From NCBI RefSeq assembly GCF_018350175.1, contig NC_058377.1, positions 100,564,001 to 100,628,000 of the forward strand: DNA of 64,000 nucleotides, given 5' to 3'. The stretch is from Felis catus (taxonomy: Eukaryota). Below, one piece after another: positions 23,721 to 35,787 of this stretch. The position numbers were made by a program, and so were the translations under genes. Each line of letters begins with the position of its first letter. Position 1 is the first letter of the stretch. The notes beneath the pieces are model-generated. The model was not told the DNA's origin and ran no database searches. It was given only the letters and a program-made list of their open reading frames with translations.

Positions 23721-23736
23721 CTGAAAAGAAAAAAAG
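23721..23736 (-). promoter_or_regulatory. Splice acceptor of the OR4C46-like coding exon
   Basis: Minus strand tttttttcttttcag|gtaatg, 28 nt upstream of the ATG. Confidence 0.75.
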
Positions 23737-24399
23737 CCTTTGTGATTAATGCAGCCTTGAATTTATTAAGCTTCTTCCTGTAGTAAATAATAAATTCCTA
23801 GATTCTACCAAGTCATGAATCCTTATGAGGTTGTTGAGATAAGTTCTGAGTTCTTGAATATTACTTACATTATCTCCTGGGTGAAGATTCTGTTGCATGT
23901 AGACATGAGAAACTTTTGTAAACAAATAGGTAGAAGACCATATTTGTGCACATAATCACCTGAGATGACAAAGCCTAACAGAAAGTAGTGCGTCATACAC
24001 ATAGTGGCAGCTAAGTAAGAAAAGGGAGATGGAACATGATGTAAAGTCTATGAATGCAAAGTTAAAAAAACTTTCCCTTTATTCTTAGGAAATGGGGAAA
24101 CATTGGCACAAATTGAAAATACAAGTGGAAAAATGGAGAGGAATTTGAGGAAGGGGGAATAAGGGATATGATTTTAGTAAAGATCTTACTGTGCCTTGGA
24201 TGAAGTGGGGTGAGGTTCAGTAAGGAGACAGAAGCCAGAGACAGAAAGCTCAGTTAGGAGAGTATTTATAACAGTTGACATAGGAGGAACAGGGCATTGG
24301 TGGTGGGTATGTAAAGGGAGTATACCAAAGCTGCTATAAATATAATTCATAATGCTTGTTGTCTAAATACAATAACATTACAATTGGTAATAATTTTTA

Positions 24400-24760
24400 T
24401 ATACCTCAATAACTGATTTCTATGTTCGTGGCATTGTAACGAGTGCTCTGTACATATGATCCTACTTAATATTGGTAACATCCTGTGTGGCTGGTATTAT
24501 CTCATACATTTTGCGATGAGGAAACAGTCTCAGAGACTTATGTTAATGGTAATAATAACAGTAATATTAACTAAAATTAAATGTTTAGTGGATCTAAATA
24601 TTTTGTAGACATCTGTTGATTTAATCCCCACTACAACCTTGTAAGATAATTACTGCTATTTTTTAAATACTTGTCTTATACATTATGTAATAGAAACAGA
24701 GAAGTTAAAGATCCTGCCAATATCAATATTCTAAATAAGGACAGAGCCAGGATTAGTTCA
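24400..24760 (-). mobile_element. MIR fragments
   Basis: cattttgcgatgaggaaacagtctcagaga and tttaatccccactacaacctt cores. Confidence 0.55.
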
Positions 24761-24921
24761 GATTATATTTGTTAATTTTTTCCTTAAAATTCTTACCCAT
24801 GCCCTATTTTCTTATAATTAACAACATTGAACTAGTAATTTCCTCTTTATATGACCACAATAATTATAATTGCTTTAATACTACTTAGGAGGCAAGGGTA
24901 TATAAAATGGTTTCATTAGTA

Positions 24922-24922
<1 letters not shown>

Positions 24923-24962
<40 letters not shown>
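24923..24962. repeat. (AC)n microsatellite
   Basis: About 20 perfect AC units. Confidence 0.95.
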
Positions 24963-24964
<2 letters not shown>

Positions 24965-25104
24965 ACATGTTTAAATTCCCAATTATCAAATATGGTATTA
25001 CATTCACTGAAAAATCTTTTTATCTGGACTTCTCCCTCAGACATAGTTCTCCCTACTATAATCCACTTCCAAAGCAAAACACCTGCAAAATGTTGAAAAG
25101 GATT

Positions 25105-25330
25105 GCCATGTGGTTAAGTGTTTTGGTTTGAAAATCAAAAAGACCAGATTAGAATCCTGATTCTTCTACTTGCATTTTCTTTGATATGGAGTATATTTCT
25201 AGCACGTCACATCTTTGTTTCCTCACCTATAAAGCAAAATTAGTAATACCCATCTTACAGGTTTTTATGAGAATTGATTATGGAAATATATTTGAGCAGA
25301 TTACCACAGTGTTGCACACACAGAGGCCTC
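25105..25330 (+). mobile_element. MIR
   Basis: tgtttcctcacctataaagcaaaattagtaatacc core. Confidence 0.6.
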
Positions 25331-25867
25331 TCATCTATTTTTCAACTGTTTATGCATCTAGGATAATGGAATGGTTGACATGTTGAGTGACAATTATGCA
25401 ATAATTTAATTATTCAAACATTTAGGAAAAATCAACTCCAATTTTACTTTTAAAGAAGGCATACAGACTCCATTATCCATAGCCTTTGTTACCAAGAAGA
25501 ATTCTCCACTCATGCTGGGACTAAATGGCTGATGATATATGTCATTTGTATTCATACTTCAGTCTTTTCTATGTGAGAAGTATATTTATATTTTTTCTCT
25601 CTCTCATGATTAATCTAGATTATTAAACTAGATACCTCATTGCAATTGTAAGTGGTCTGGTGACAGAGAGCTGGGTTCTACAATTGGCTTAAATTCCATG
25701 AAGTTCAAAGTTTTCATCTGTCAACTTAGGTTAATAATATTTACCAACTATCTTTTGAAGAAATGGGGTGAGGATAAAATACCCCATTACTATGTTTGAA
25801 GGAACAGAAACAATGTTTAATACATGTGGGAAGTAACAATCTTTAAGACACATCAGCAATATTGAAC

Positions 25868-25876
25868 ACTTACCTT
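25868..25876 (-). promoter_or_regulatory. Putative 5' UTR exon donor for the OR4C46-like gene
   Basis: Minus strand aag|GTAAGT consensus about 2.1 kb upstream of the acceptor. Confidence 0.5.
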
Positions 25877-26089
25877 ACAGACATAGATCTTCCTGATGTT
25901 TGGAGAGTTTTGGAAATGATCCCATCTTCAAAGTAACCTTCTCTAGATAAGTAACTTTCAATATGAAAGATATGACATGCTTGGAAAGAGACTCTTCAAA
26001 TAATCCCATATCAAATTATCAGTTTTTAATGAAGTGTTTTTATAAGTCAAAAGCTTCCCTTCTAGCCCAAAGCCTCAAAAAGTTTTTAC

Positions 26090-26800
26090 AGAAGACCTGG
26101 GATTTGAACTTAGAATGGATTCTTTTGAAACACTTTGGAGAAAAGATCTACAGATGGCTTTGGTCCCATAGGCAAGAGGCAAGAAGTATGGAGGAAACAC
26201 ATTCAAATGGGTCATTCCAACCATAATGAATCTTGCTCTGGAAACTGTGATCAACAGAAACCATTTTCAACTTGCACTGCATGGATATTTAAAGAGGTTT
26301 CCATAAAGGTTCAAGGACCTTGTCTTGTAGCTGCTACTGTCTCTCCCAGGAATTAATTATCTCCTCAGATGGAAAGGCCTTGTGTTAAAGCCATCTTAAA
26401 GAGACATGTTTGACAAATATCCAATTGTGAATAGGGAATTGCATTCCTTGTACTTGGAACCTAACCATGTGAGAGTTCCCTTCTCTATGTGAAACTTGGT
26501 GTCTAAGAAAGCTACATGTCCTGTGAACGGAAAATGCCATAATTCCAGTGTGGGGGCTTGTGATGTAATTAATCCGTTGACTCACGTCACATAGAGAACT
26601 TCTGTCTCCTTGGCAATAATAAAACTTTTTTGGAACCTGCTAAGGATTGCTTGAGAGCTAGATCGATGAGGGCATAAGATCATGCAGCCGCTTTAAAGTC
26701 AAGACTCCAAAAGCTGGTTTTCACATGTATCAGGAAGCTACGGAAGTGAATAAAAACTCTACAAGGCTCCCAATGAGTTATCTTAGGGACTTATGGTCTG
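26090..26800 (-). promoter_or_regulatory. Candidate OR4C46-like promoter with O/E-like and homeodomain sites
   Basis: tctcccaggaattaattatctcctcaga (26342-26369), gtaattaat (about 26566), tcttagggac (about 26781), upstream of the putative non-coding exon. Confidence 0.45.
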
Positions 26801-26869
26801 GTCAGTACAGAATACTAGGCAACACTGAAATTGTGGTGAGACAGCAGAATACGAGTGGAGAGTCCTAGT

Positions 26870-27635
26870 TGCTCCAGATCTTTGTCACTTGGTACTGTTA
26901 GATTTTCCTTCGAGTCATTCTAGGAGACATGTGGTGATGTATGGCTGTGGTTTTAATTTTCTTTTCCTGATGACTAATGATGAGATTTTTTTTCATATTA
27001 TTGACCATTTGTAACCCTTGTTTTGTGTAATTTTGTTCAAGTCCTTTGCATAATTCAAAAATAACGGTTCTGGTTTCCTTATCACTGTTACAATTGTTCT
27101 TTATATATAGTACAGGTCTTGGTCATACATATGTTATGTATATATACAAAATTTTCTCCTAGTCCATAGATTGTTCATTTAAAAAATGGTGTTACTTGAA
27201 TAGCAGCAGTTTTAAAACTTTGATGAATACTAGTTTTTAATTTTTTTCTTATGATTAATGTTTATTATTTTGTATCTAATAAATATTGGTGTACTGCTTA
27301 GGTCAAAATGGTTTCTTCTGGAATTTCTATGGATTTAACTATGGATATTTAACTTTGACATGTAGGTCTCTGTCTCATTTTGAGTTAATTTTTGTGCATG
27401 GTATGAGGTGAGATTGTGGTTAAGATTAATTTTTTTTCTCATGTGGATATACAATTGATCCAGTATAATTTGTGGAAAAGCTTATACTTTCCCCAGTTTA
27501 TTACTTGACATTTTGTAAAAAGTCACATAATTAGGCCTATTTCTGGGCATTCTATTGGTTTCAAGGTCTCAATGTTTACCTCTTCGTCAATACCAAACAG
27601 CATTGATCATGGAGTTTTATAGCAATTCTTGAATT
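26870..27635 (-). mobile_element. Old L1M ORF2 fragment
   Basis: ctgatgactaatgatg..cattttgagttaatttttgtgcatggtatgagg. Confidence 0.6.
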
Positions 27636-27727
27636 TATGTTTATGTGCACTGGGAAACCAAAATAGTCACTGACTCACTTTGTTGCGATATTCACTTTAT
27701 TGTGGTGATCTGGACTTGATATGCCTG
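27636..27727 (+). mobile_element. Tigger1 3' terminal fragment
   Basis: gcactgggaaaccaaaa..gactcactttgttgcgatattcactttattgtggtg..tatgcctg|ta. Confidence 0.75.
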
Positions 27728-27760
27728 TACTTTGCCAGGCTGTTTAAAACTCTGCCTTAG

Positions 27761-27977
27761 GGGCGCCTGGGTGGCGCAGTCGGTTAAGCGTCCGACTTCA
27801 GCCAGGTCACGATCTCGCGGTCCGGGAGTTCGAGCCCCGCATCAGGCTCTGGGCTGATGGCTCAGAGCCTGGAGCCTGTTTCCGATTCTGTGTCTCCCTC
27901 TCTTTCTGCCCCTCCCCCCGTTCATGCTCTGTCTCTCTCTGTCCCAAAAATAAATAAACGTTGAAAAAAAACAAAAC
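27761..27977 (+). mobile_element. Young SINEC_Fc
   Basis: CpG-intact; perfect TSD aaaactctgccttag. Confidence 0.95.
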
Positions 27978-28959
27978 AAAACTCTGCCTTAGCCTTCACC
28001 TCCTGCTTTCATGAGTGGTGAATATTTTAGTGTCTTCTTGAACATTTCCCAGCACCCATCCAGCCCTGAGCATCTACGGATGGTTTTCTAGATTCCCTGG
28101 TATATACATAGGTGGTTCTCATAGCCCTTATTCTCACATGTATCTACTTTCCAAACCTCATTCTTCCTAAATTTTTCAGTGGATTTACTGCTTTCCTTAT
28201 CTTATACTTTGCCTCAGGCAGTTGTAGCCAGTACATTTGCTCAAATGCCTTTGATAAAATCTGCCCTGCAGGTCTTTCCAGCCTCTAGAAGTCTCTAAGG
28301 TAGATGAAACAAAATCAAGCTCGTGAGCCAACTCTTCAGGGCGCCCCCAAAAGTGCAAAACATACCATCCCAAGTTTTCGAGGTCAAGTTGTGGCACCAG
28401 CAAAGCCACGTGAGGATGGTGGGCCATCATCCTCATGGCTGCAACTGAATTGGGAAGTGGGAAATGCTGAGTAAGTTAAAATTCCACAATGTTTTCTTCC
28501 CAAAGCGTATCAGCTTCTTTCTTCATGAATCATTCCACTGGTTGTGGTAGCTTTTAAATAGGTTTAATAGTTCCTAAACTTTGGGAAATCCTAGGCAGTG
28601 ATTTAAATAGCTAAACAGACACTTAACATGTGGCCCAGACAGTCCGCTGGTATTTATGCAAGAATAACAAAAGCGTATGTGCATACAAACAGTTTATTTG
28701 TAATATGGATTTGTAAATAATTGTAAATAATCTCAAAATTTACTAGTAGATGAATGAGCAAATTGTGACATAGCCAAACAACAGAATACTACACAACAAA
28801 TTAAAGAAAATCTTAGTTGCTTGATATTTCATTATCTAATACAAGTGTAAATCATGTCTATTTTAATTACATGTCTTATTGTTTATTGATGGCAAATAGA
28901 CATGTATTTGAATATTGTATATTAATCTTATGGTTGGCACTATGCAGCTCTGCTATTTC

Positions 28960-30240
28960 TAATCATCTCTATAAAATTTTTGGATTTTGATGTGAATGAT
29001 CATGTCATCTGCAAATAATATCAACTTTATTTCCTCCTTCCCATTACCTGCATATCAGATTTCTGTCTTACTGCGCTGCATAATAGTGTTGAATAGAAAT
29101 CGCGATAGAAATGAACATTTTTGTCTCATTCGTTTTTTTCTACGTTTGTTTATTGTGAGACAGAGAGCACAAGAAGGGGAGAGGCAGACAGAGAGGGAGA
29201 GAGAGGATCCCAAGCAGGCCCCGCGCTGCCAACATAGAGCCCAGTGTGGGGCTAGAACTCACGAACTGTGAGATCATGACCTGAGCAGAAACCAAGAATC
29301 CGATGCTTAACTGGCTGAGCCACCCAGGCGCCCCATCATTTTGTCTCATTCTTGATGTAGGGAGAATATATCTAACTTAATCCCTTTAGGATAATGTTTT
29401 CAGTAGAGCTTTTAAGAACCATTATTTTAGCATCAAGAAAATTCCTTTATATCATTAATATACTTTTGAATTTAATACTGGTAAACATTTATATGATAAA
29501 CATGTAAGTTTATCATGTACTTTTTCTGCATCTGTTGAAATGACTATTTGGGTTTTCGCTTTTAATTTCCACTTTTGTGGGTATATTTATCAAGTTTCTA
29601 ATAATAAACCTATTATAGAATGGATAAAACTTGGTAATGGAATGTTAATTTTTATACACAGTTAAAGTAATTTAATATTTTGTTAAGACTTTTACAGTCT
29701 TAATTTCAGGAAGAAAAGCACCAGTGAACAACTGTATTTCCTTGAAACATAGTCTTTCACAATGAATGGATGAAAGTTTGATTTTTACTCATCTATGAGA
29801 AACTCTGTAAAAGAGTGGAGTAATCTATTTGGATAAAATGTTGTAAATCCACTTGTGACTGGTATTTCTTTTATGGGATTAATTTTAATGAATTCTGTTC
29901 TTTACTAGTTATAGACTAGCCATCTTTTGTAATTCCTCTGAAGTTAGTTTGGGTATAATTTTTTGTAGAAACATCTTTGTTTGTGTATGCCTTCAAAATT
30001 ATTGGCATTTAGTTGTTGATAATATTTTATATTTTTCATCTCCAGTTTTATCAGTAGTTATGTTATCCTTCATTAACATTATATATTTATCTTTTTTATT
30101 TTATACTGATCCATATTGATAAAAGCTGAACTATTTTGAAAGGCTTTTCCCAAGATCCCACATTAAAATTTGTTGCTCTTTCTTTTGTATTTTTTGTTTC
30201 CTTTTAATTTCTACTATGATTTGCCTTATGTTTTTTCTTA
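28960..30240 (-). mobile_element. Old L1M ORF2 fragment (SINE-interrupted)
   Basis: gatcatgtcatctgcaaata..gttgaatagaaat..ttttctgcatctgttgaaatga. Confidence 0.55.
29133..29334 (-). mobile_element. CanSINE
   Basis: TSD ttttgtctcattc. Confidence 0.9.
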
Positions 30241-30249
30241 TTACTTTTT

Positions 30250-30553
30250 AAAAATGTCTTATATTTATATTTTATTTAGTTAACATACAGTACAATATTG
30301 GTTTCAGGAATAGAATTCACTGATTCATCACTTCCGTGCAACACCCAGTGCTCATCACAGCAAGAGTCCTTTTTAATACCCATCACCCATCCAGCCCCTC
30401 GCGCACCTACCTCCCTCTACCAACTCTTATTAGTTTATTCTCTATCATTAAGGGTATGTGGTTTGTTTCCCTCTCTTCTCTTCCCCCCTTCCTGTATGTT
30501 TATCTGTTTTGTTTCTTAAATTCCACACATGAGTGAAATAATATGGCATTTGC
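30250..30553 (-). mobile_element. Carnivore L1 3' end
   Basis: agttaacatacagt..caacacccagtgctcatcaca..tcttaaattccacacatgagtgaaat; flanked by cttattactttt repeats. Confidence 0.8.
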
Positions 30554-31699
30554 CTTATTACTTTTTTATGTGCTCCTGTCTTCTAAAGATAGCACTCTTT
30601 TCAGATTTTCTTTGTTTCTAATGAAAATGTTAAGGTTATAATTTTCTTCAAAAGCACCACTATCCCTGCCTCCTATAAACCTGGACAGGTAGTAAGTTCC
30701 TTATAGTTTAAGTCTAGGTAGTTTTTTAATTTTCCAGTATTATTTATTTTTTAACAAGTTAGCTATTTTGCAGAATATAGATGTAATTTCCTAATAGTAT
30801 ATATGTGTGTGTGTTTATATTCGGAACCACCTATATCTAAATCTTGAACTACTTTTACTATTTATTGTGCTCAGAACTTTGTATTGTTTCCTTCTTTACA
30901 ATATGGTGAGACTTTTAAAAATAATCTAATAACCAATTTTATGCATATTCTATCTATGCGTGCAAAAATATATACTCCTTGCTAGATGTGTAATTTTACA
31001 TACATTTCTATATATTTTAAGTTCTGTTGTTCAGATCTTTTAGACCCTCTGAACTTCCTGCCTTGTCTCCTCACCAATAATTGAAAAAGGAACATTGCCA
31101 TCTTCCACTGTGAAGGTGGATTCATATTTTTCCTCATGTGGATTTCTCTAACCTTGTTGTGTGCATTTAGAGGCTACATTATTAAGTGCATGCATGAAGC
31201 AGGGTCTGCAGCCAGAAGACAGAGGCAACTACCGTTATTTAAGGAGTGTTGCGAGAGGTTATTTTTAAGACGTGGACAATTAGAGGAAAATCACAAGGAA
31301 TGTGCAAGGTCCTGGGGCTCATGGAGTTGACTATGATTGAGCACAGTGGGGGCACAGAAGTGGCAAGCAGAAATTTCTCATTTGTGGAAATGAGCAATGC
31401 AGAAAAAATAAAATAAAATTAGACCTTAGATGGACCTAGCATGAACTAAGGGCTTCAATTTATTAAACCTGATTTACTCAAAGTAAAACAAAAATAAACT
31501 AAAATAAGGAAAATAACTAACGATGCATTGTCGCACTTTCCAAATCCTAACTTGTACCCTAATATGATACCTGGTAACACAAAACAATGTGCATGACTTC
31601 TAAGTTTCCAATGGGTGTAATTAACCATTGAGGATAATTTCAAAATCTTCATGCTAATGGCAATGATTCCATGTTGATGAGTAAAATACTAATACTCTT

Positions 31700-32270
31700 C
31701 TATACTCTCTTTGCATATCTACCTCATTAGAGGATATGAACAATTTAAAATCTATATGTGTATGTAATACATATCTCCAGGCTTTGATGAAATTATTCTA
31801 GGAGAAGGGGGAGAGAAAAATAGATGCCCATATTACATCAGTATTACAACATTCAGAAGTATTGAATTACTAGAGATAAATGAAGTAAGCCTCAAGGTCG
31901 TCTATATGACGGCTATAATAACATGGGCTGTATTTTTTAAATTATAATCACACACACATCGGCTTCTGTAAAATGCCTGTGGGAGATTTCCCCTCAGGAC
32001 CCTCTCATGCTTTAACTCAAGGTATTCCCAACAATGTTTTCGTGAAAGGCTCTTTGGATGGAAGATTCACAGGAGAGTTGGAGATGCTCCATGTCTGCTG
32101 TAATATAACACAGACACAGAGAGTAAAGGGAACCGCCAGAAGGATCACCTTGACATTTATATACAATATTATATATAAAAATACATATAATATATAGACA
32201 AAGATGAAATCATTATGATTTCCACAAGTCTTCATTTAATACAAAATTTGATGTCATAATTAAAATTTTT
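31700..32270 (+). promoter_or_regulatory. Candidate promoter of the 34858 OR gene
   Basis: Clustered O/E-like sequences cctgtgggaga, tcccctcagga, tcacaggagag and homeodomain cores ctcatta, cataatta in repeat-free DNA about 2.7 kb upstream of the CDS. Confidence 0.35.
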
Positions 32271-32295
32271 AATTTCTTCTGTAATTTCATTGGTG

Positions 32296-32471
32296 TTTTT
32301 TAAAGTTTATTTATCTATTTTGAGAGGGTTGGGGGACAGAGAGAATCCCGAGCAGGCTCCTCACTTTTAGCACAGAGCCCGACACAGGACTCGAACTCAC
32401 AAACTGGGAGATACTGACTGAGCTGAAATCAAGAGGCAGATGCTTAACTGACTGAGCGACCCAGGCTCCCC
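32296..32471 (-). mobile_element. CanSINE
   Basis: Head and T tail; flanking ttggtg repeat. Confidence 0.85.
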
Positions 32472-32692
32472 TTCTTGGTGGCAATTTTGAGAGGGCATTC
32501 AGGAGAATGCTGGAGTGCAACTGATGAGGGTTTTAAGCCTTTATTTTCACTTAGGAGAAGACATCTAAGCATAGATGAAAAAAAGCATAAGCTTCCAAAT
32601 CATACAGAAATGGTTTAGACGGAGATCTCCCCCTTAGGATTTATGTAACCTTGGATGACAGTTCCCTTATTTGCAAAGCAGGGGCAATAATA

Positions 32693-32940
32693 CAGCAGTC
32701 CCCTTTACCCATGGTTCATGTTCCATGGTTTCGGCGACCTTCTGTCAACCACTGTCTGGAGGCAGACGATCTCTATCTGATGTACTGTGAGAAGGTCAAT
32801 AGTAGCTTAACCCTACTTCCCTGTGCCTATCTCATCCACCTCACTTCCTCTCATCGTGTAGGCATTTTATCATCTCCTATCATCACAAGAAGAAGGGTGA
32901 GTCCACTAAGGGTGAGTATAGTTGATATTTTGAGAGTGAG
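32693..32940 (+). mobile_element. MER44/Tigger7-like DNA transposon fragment
   Basis: ta|cagcagtcccctttacccatgg TIR and gaaggtcaatagtagc..catcacaagaagaagggtgagt. Confidence 0.75.
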
Positions 32941-34797
32941 AAGGAGAGAGAAAATGGGAAGGGAAAGGAAAGAAAGAGGCACAGGGAGATTTTACGAATT
33001 CATTTTTTTTTCCCTAGAAGATTCCCGGCACAGAGTTTATGGGAGCTGCTTGGAAGGATCTTTTTCTATACTGATCTCTATTTTTACAATTGATATTTAA
33101 GCATTGTAGGTTGAGAAGCACTGGACCATCTGTTAGATGTTGAGGCTTATGCCAATGTCGGCAAACATTCTAAACCAAAAGTTGCATTTTCTACGGTTTT
33201 GATTCTCTAGTTCTTATTCTACAACTTTAATGAAAACCTACTCTGGGATTTCTATATGTCCTTTAACTGATCATATTCTTCCATATAAACAAACATTCAT
33301 CTTGGATATTCTCAATTTATACATAAAAGTACTTTGCTAAGCTCTATGTGGAAATCAGAACAAACTTACACCAACAGAATGTTTTTTCCTTAACCTCAAT
33401 GTATGTCGGATATAAGTTATTCAATCCATCCCGTTGTGGCAGAAAACAAAATCCACAAGTAAAGGCAATCAGCTGATGAAAATGCTGGTACGTATCTTCT
33501 TATATAACCATTTGTTCCTCTGCAAACATTGTTGGGGGTACTCTTCTGTGGACCTGACAAGTTGGAATGATAAGGCCTTCTATTGTATATTCTTAAATGG
33601 ACTTCATTTTGCTCTTGGATCCAGAAGTTTTAGTTCCACGTACCAGCTGAAGGGGGAGGATCAGGGAGAATGGATTGCTCAGTGTGAACAAAAAATAGTT
33701 AACAAGACATGGGAGCCTGGATGCTCACCTTCATGATCATTAGATGAGGGATCTGTCCACTACATCATATTGTTCCGCCGTTGGTACCATTAAAGTAATT
33801 CCGAGACATCAATAGTCTTTTAGGCAAATCATGATTTTGCTGTGGAGGACGCTTGGTTATGGGTAAAAGGTGATGTTTCCACATATTCACTCTCTGCTCC
33901 TGGGTCTACTGCATCTAAGTGGTTGCACTGTTCTAAACGCATCGCTAAATATGCAGGACATTCTTTAATCACACTGGGTTCTTCAGTATGTAACAGACAA
34001 CAACTACCTGTCCTCAGTGTTTCTAACATGTTAACAGCAACCTCTGAAATGTGTATTTAGAATGATTAGGAAAAAGGGAAAGCTTTTGTATAACAAGAAC
34101 CCGTGTTCCTGTTTTCAGATGCCCAAATAGTGTTTCCAAATACCTATTTTCTGTATCTCCATGTCCTGACTCTTGACCGAACTGCCAAGAAGGAGAGTCA
34201 CTGGATTTGTTCTCAATGAATTCAGGTTATTTATCTGCTACAATTAAGAACCTTGATTTTGCTTTCATTTGAAGAATATGAATTCCACTCAATGCACAGA
34301 ATGTGGTGTTAGGTTGGGATTTTATAAATTATTATATGTGGCATAGAGAAGGGGAGGGGATTACTTACAGTTATTTGTGTGTTAATGCTAGAGATGAAAA
34401 AAAATGTACTATTTAAGGAGGTGGAAAATAGACGGAAGTCCATTTGGTCAGTGGATAATGTAGCATAGCTCTCAAGAACATACAACTTAGCATCAGATAC
34501 AGGATCATATCTTAGGTTGCTACTTAATATCTGAAAGAATTGGTATTATTATCCAAACCCACCCATTTTTGTTCCCCCACTTGTCAAATGAGTATCAGAA
34601 TAATGACTCTTTGGATATTATGCAAAATGTTTGTAAAACCTCCCAGCATAAAGTATGCTCTCATTAAGTATCATTTGAAATATAATAATGGCATCAAACC
34701 AGAGGGATTTAAAAGATTAAATGCAATAGTTCCTTTGTGACCTACATATTTTTCAGTGTAAATATCCTCCAAAAAAGTACTCTTAAACGTGTCGTAT

Positions 34798-34815
34798 GTT
34801 CTGTATCGTTTCAGA
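34798..34815 (+). promoter_or_regulatory. Splice acceptor of the 34858 OR coding exon
   Basis: gttctgtatcgtttcag|atg, 43 nt upstream of the ATG. Confidence 0.6.
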
Positions 34816-34857
34816 TGAATTAAATTTCTATTGTGTCCCTGGACTCACCTCAACCTC

Positions 34858-35787
34858 ATGGAAAATCAGAACAATGTCACAGAATTTGTTTTCATGGGTC
34901 TGTGGGGAAATAAACAAATGGAGCTCCTGTTCTTTTTCTGGTTCCTGCTCTGTTACCTGGCTGTCTTAATGGGCAACGTCATCATCTTGCTCACGATCAC
35001 CTGCAGCCATCTAATCGAACAGCCGATGTACTACTTTCTCTGTCACCTTTCCCTCATGGATCTCTGCTACACCTCCACCGTGGTCCCCAGGCTAATCAGG
35101 GACTTAGGCGCCGCAAGAAGAAACATCTCCTATAACAATTGTATGACCCAGCTCTTCGCTGCCCACTTGCTGGCGGGTGTGGAGATATTCATCTTGGTGT
35201 CCATGGCTTTTGACCGCTATGTTGCCATTGTCAAGCCCCTGCACTACACGGTCCTCATGAACCGGCAGAGGTGTAACATGTTGATCTTCACGGCCTGGGC
35301 TGTGGGTTTTTGGCACTCCATTGCTCTGTTGCTCATGGTACTCAACTTACCTTTCTGTGGTCCTAATCAGATAGATCACTACATATGTGATGTGAAGCCT
35401 CTTTTGAAACTGGTGTGCAGAGACATTCATGTTGTTAGTATCTTAGTGATTGCTAATTCAGGGATGGTGGTGGTTGTCATTTTTCTTGTCCTGGTGGCTT
35501 CTTACATACTCATATTATATAATCTTAGGACCCGCTCCTCCGCAGGGCGACGCAAAGCTCTCTCCACCTGCAGCTCTCACGTAATGGTGGTGGTTTTATT
35601 CTTTGTGCCCTGTATCTATACTTACGTTTTACCTGCAGGGAGTGAGAACAAGGATAAGGAAATATCCGTGTTTTACACTGTGATTGCCCCTATGCTGAAT
35701 CCTCTCATCTATACCCTGAGAAACACGGAGATGAAAACCGCCATGCAGAAGGTATGGTCTAAAATGGCACATTCAGAATGCAAGTAA
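34858..35787 (+). CDS. Olfactory receptor family 4, divergent OR4P/OR4S-related type, 309 aa
   Basis: Intact ORF MENQNNVTEF...PMYYFL...[15 protein letters not shown]...FCGPNQIDHYICD...KALSTCSSH...[19 protein letters not shown] at 34858 lies downstream of the acceptor ending 34814. Confidence 0.92.
   Translation: MENQNNVTEFVFMGLWGNKQMELLFFFWFLLCYLAVLMGNVIILLTITCSHLIEQPMYYFLCHLSLMDLCYTSTVVPRLIRDLGAARRNISYNNCMTQLFAAHLLAGVEIFILVSMAFDRYVAIVKPLHYTVLMNRQRCNMLIFTAWAVGFWHSIALLLMVLNLPFCGPNQIDHYICDVKPLLKLVCRDIHVVSILVIANSGMVVVVIFLVLVASYILILYNLRTRSSAGRRKALSTCSSHVMVVVLFFVPCIYTYVLPAGSENKDKEISVFYTVIAPMLNPLIYTLRNTEMKTAMQKVWSKMAHSECK

Noticed and set aside
27761-27840. tRNA-like A/B boxes
   Set aside because: tRNA-derived head of a CanSINE, not a tRNA gene.
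32651-33100. 149 aa ORF
   Set aside because: Starts at TTG and runs through a MER44-like element; non-coding.
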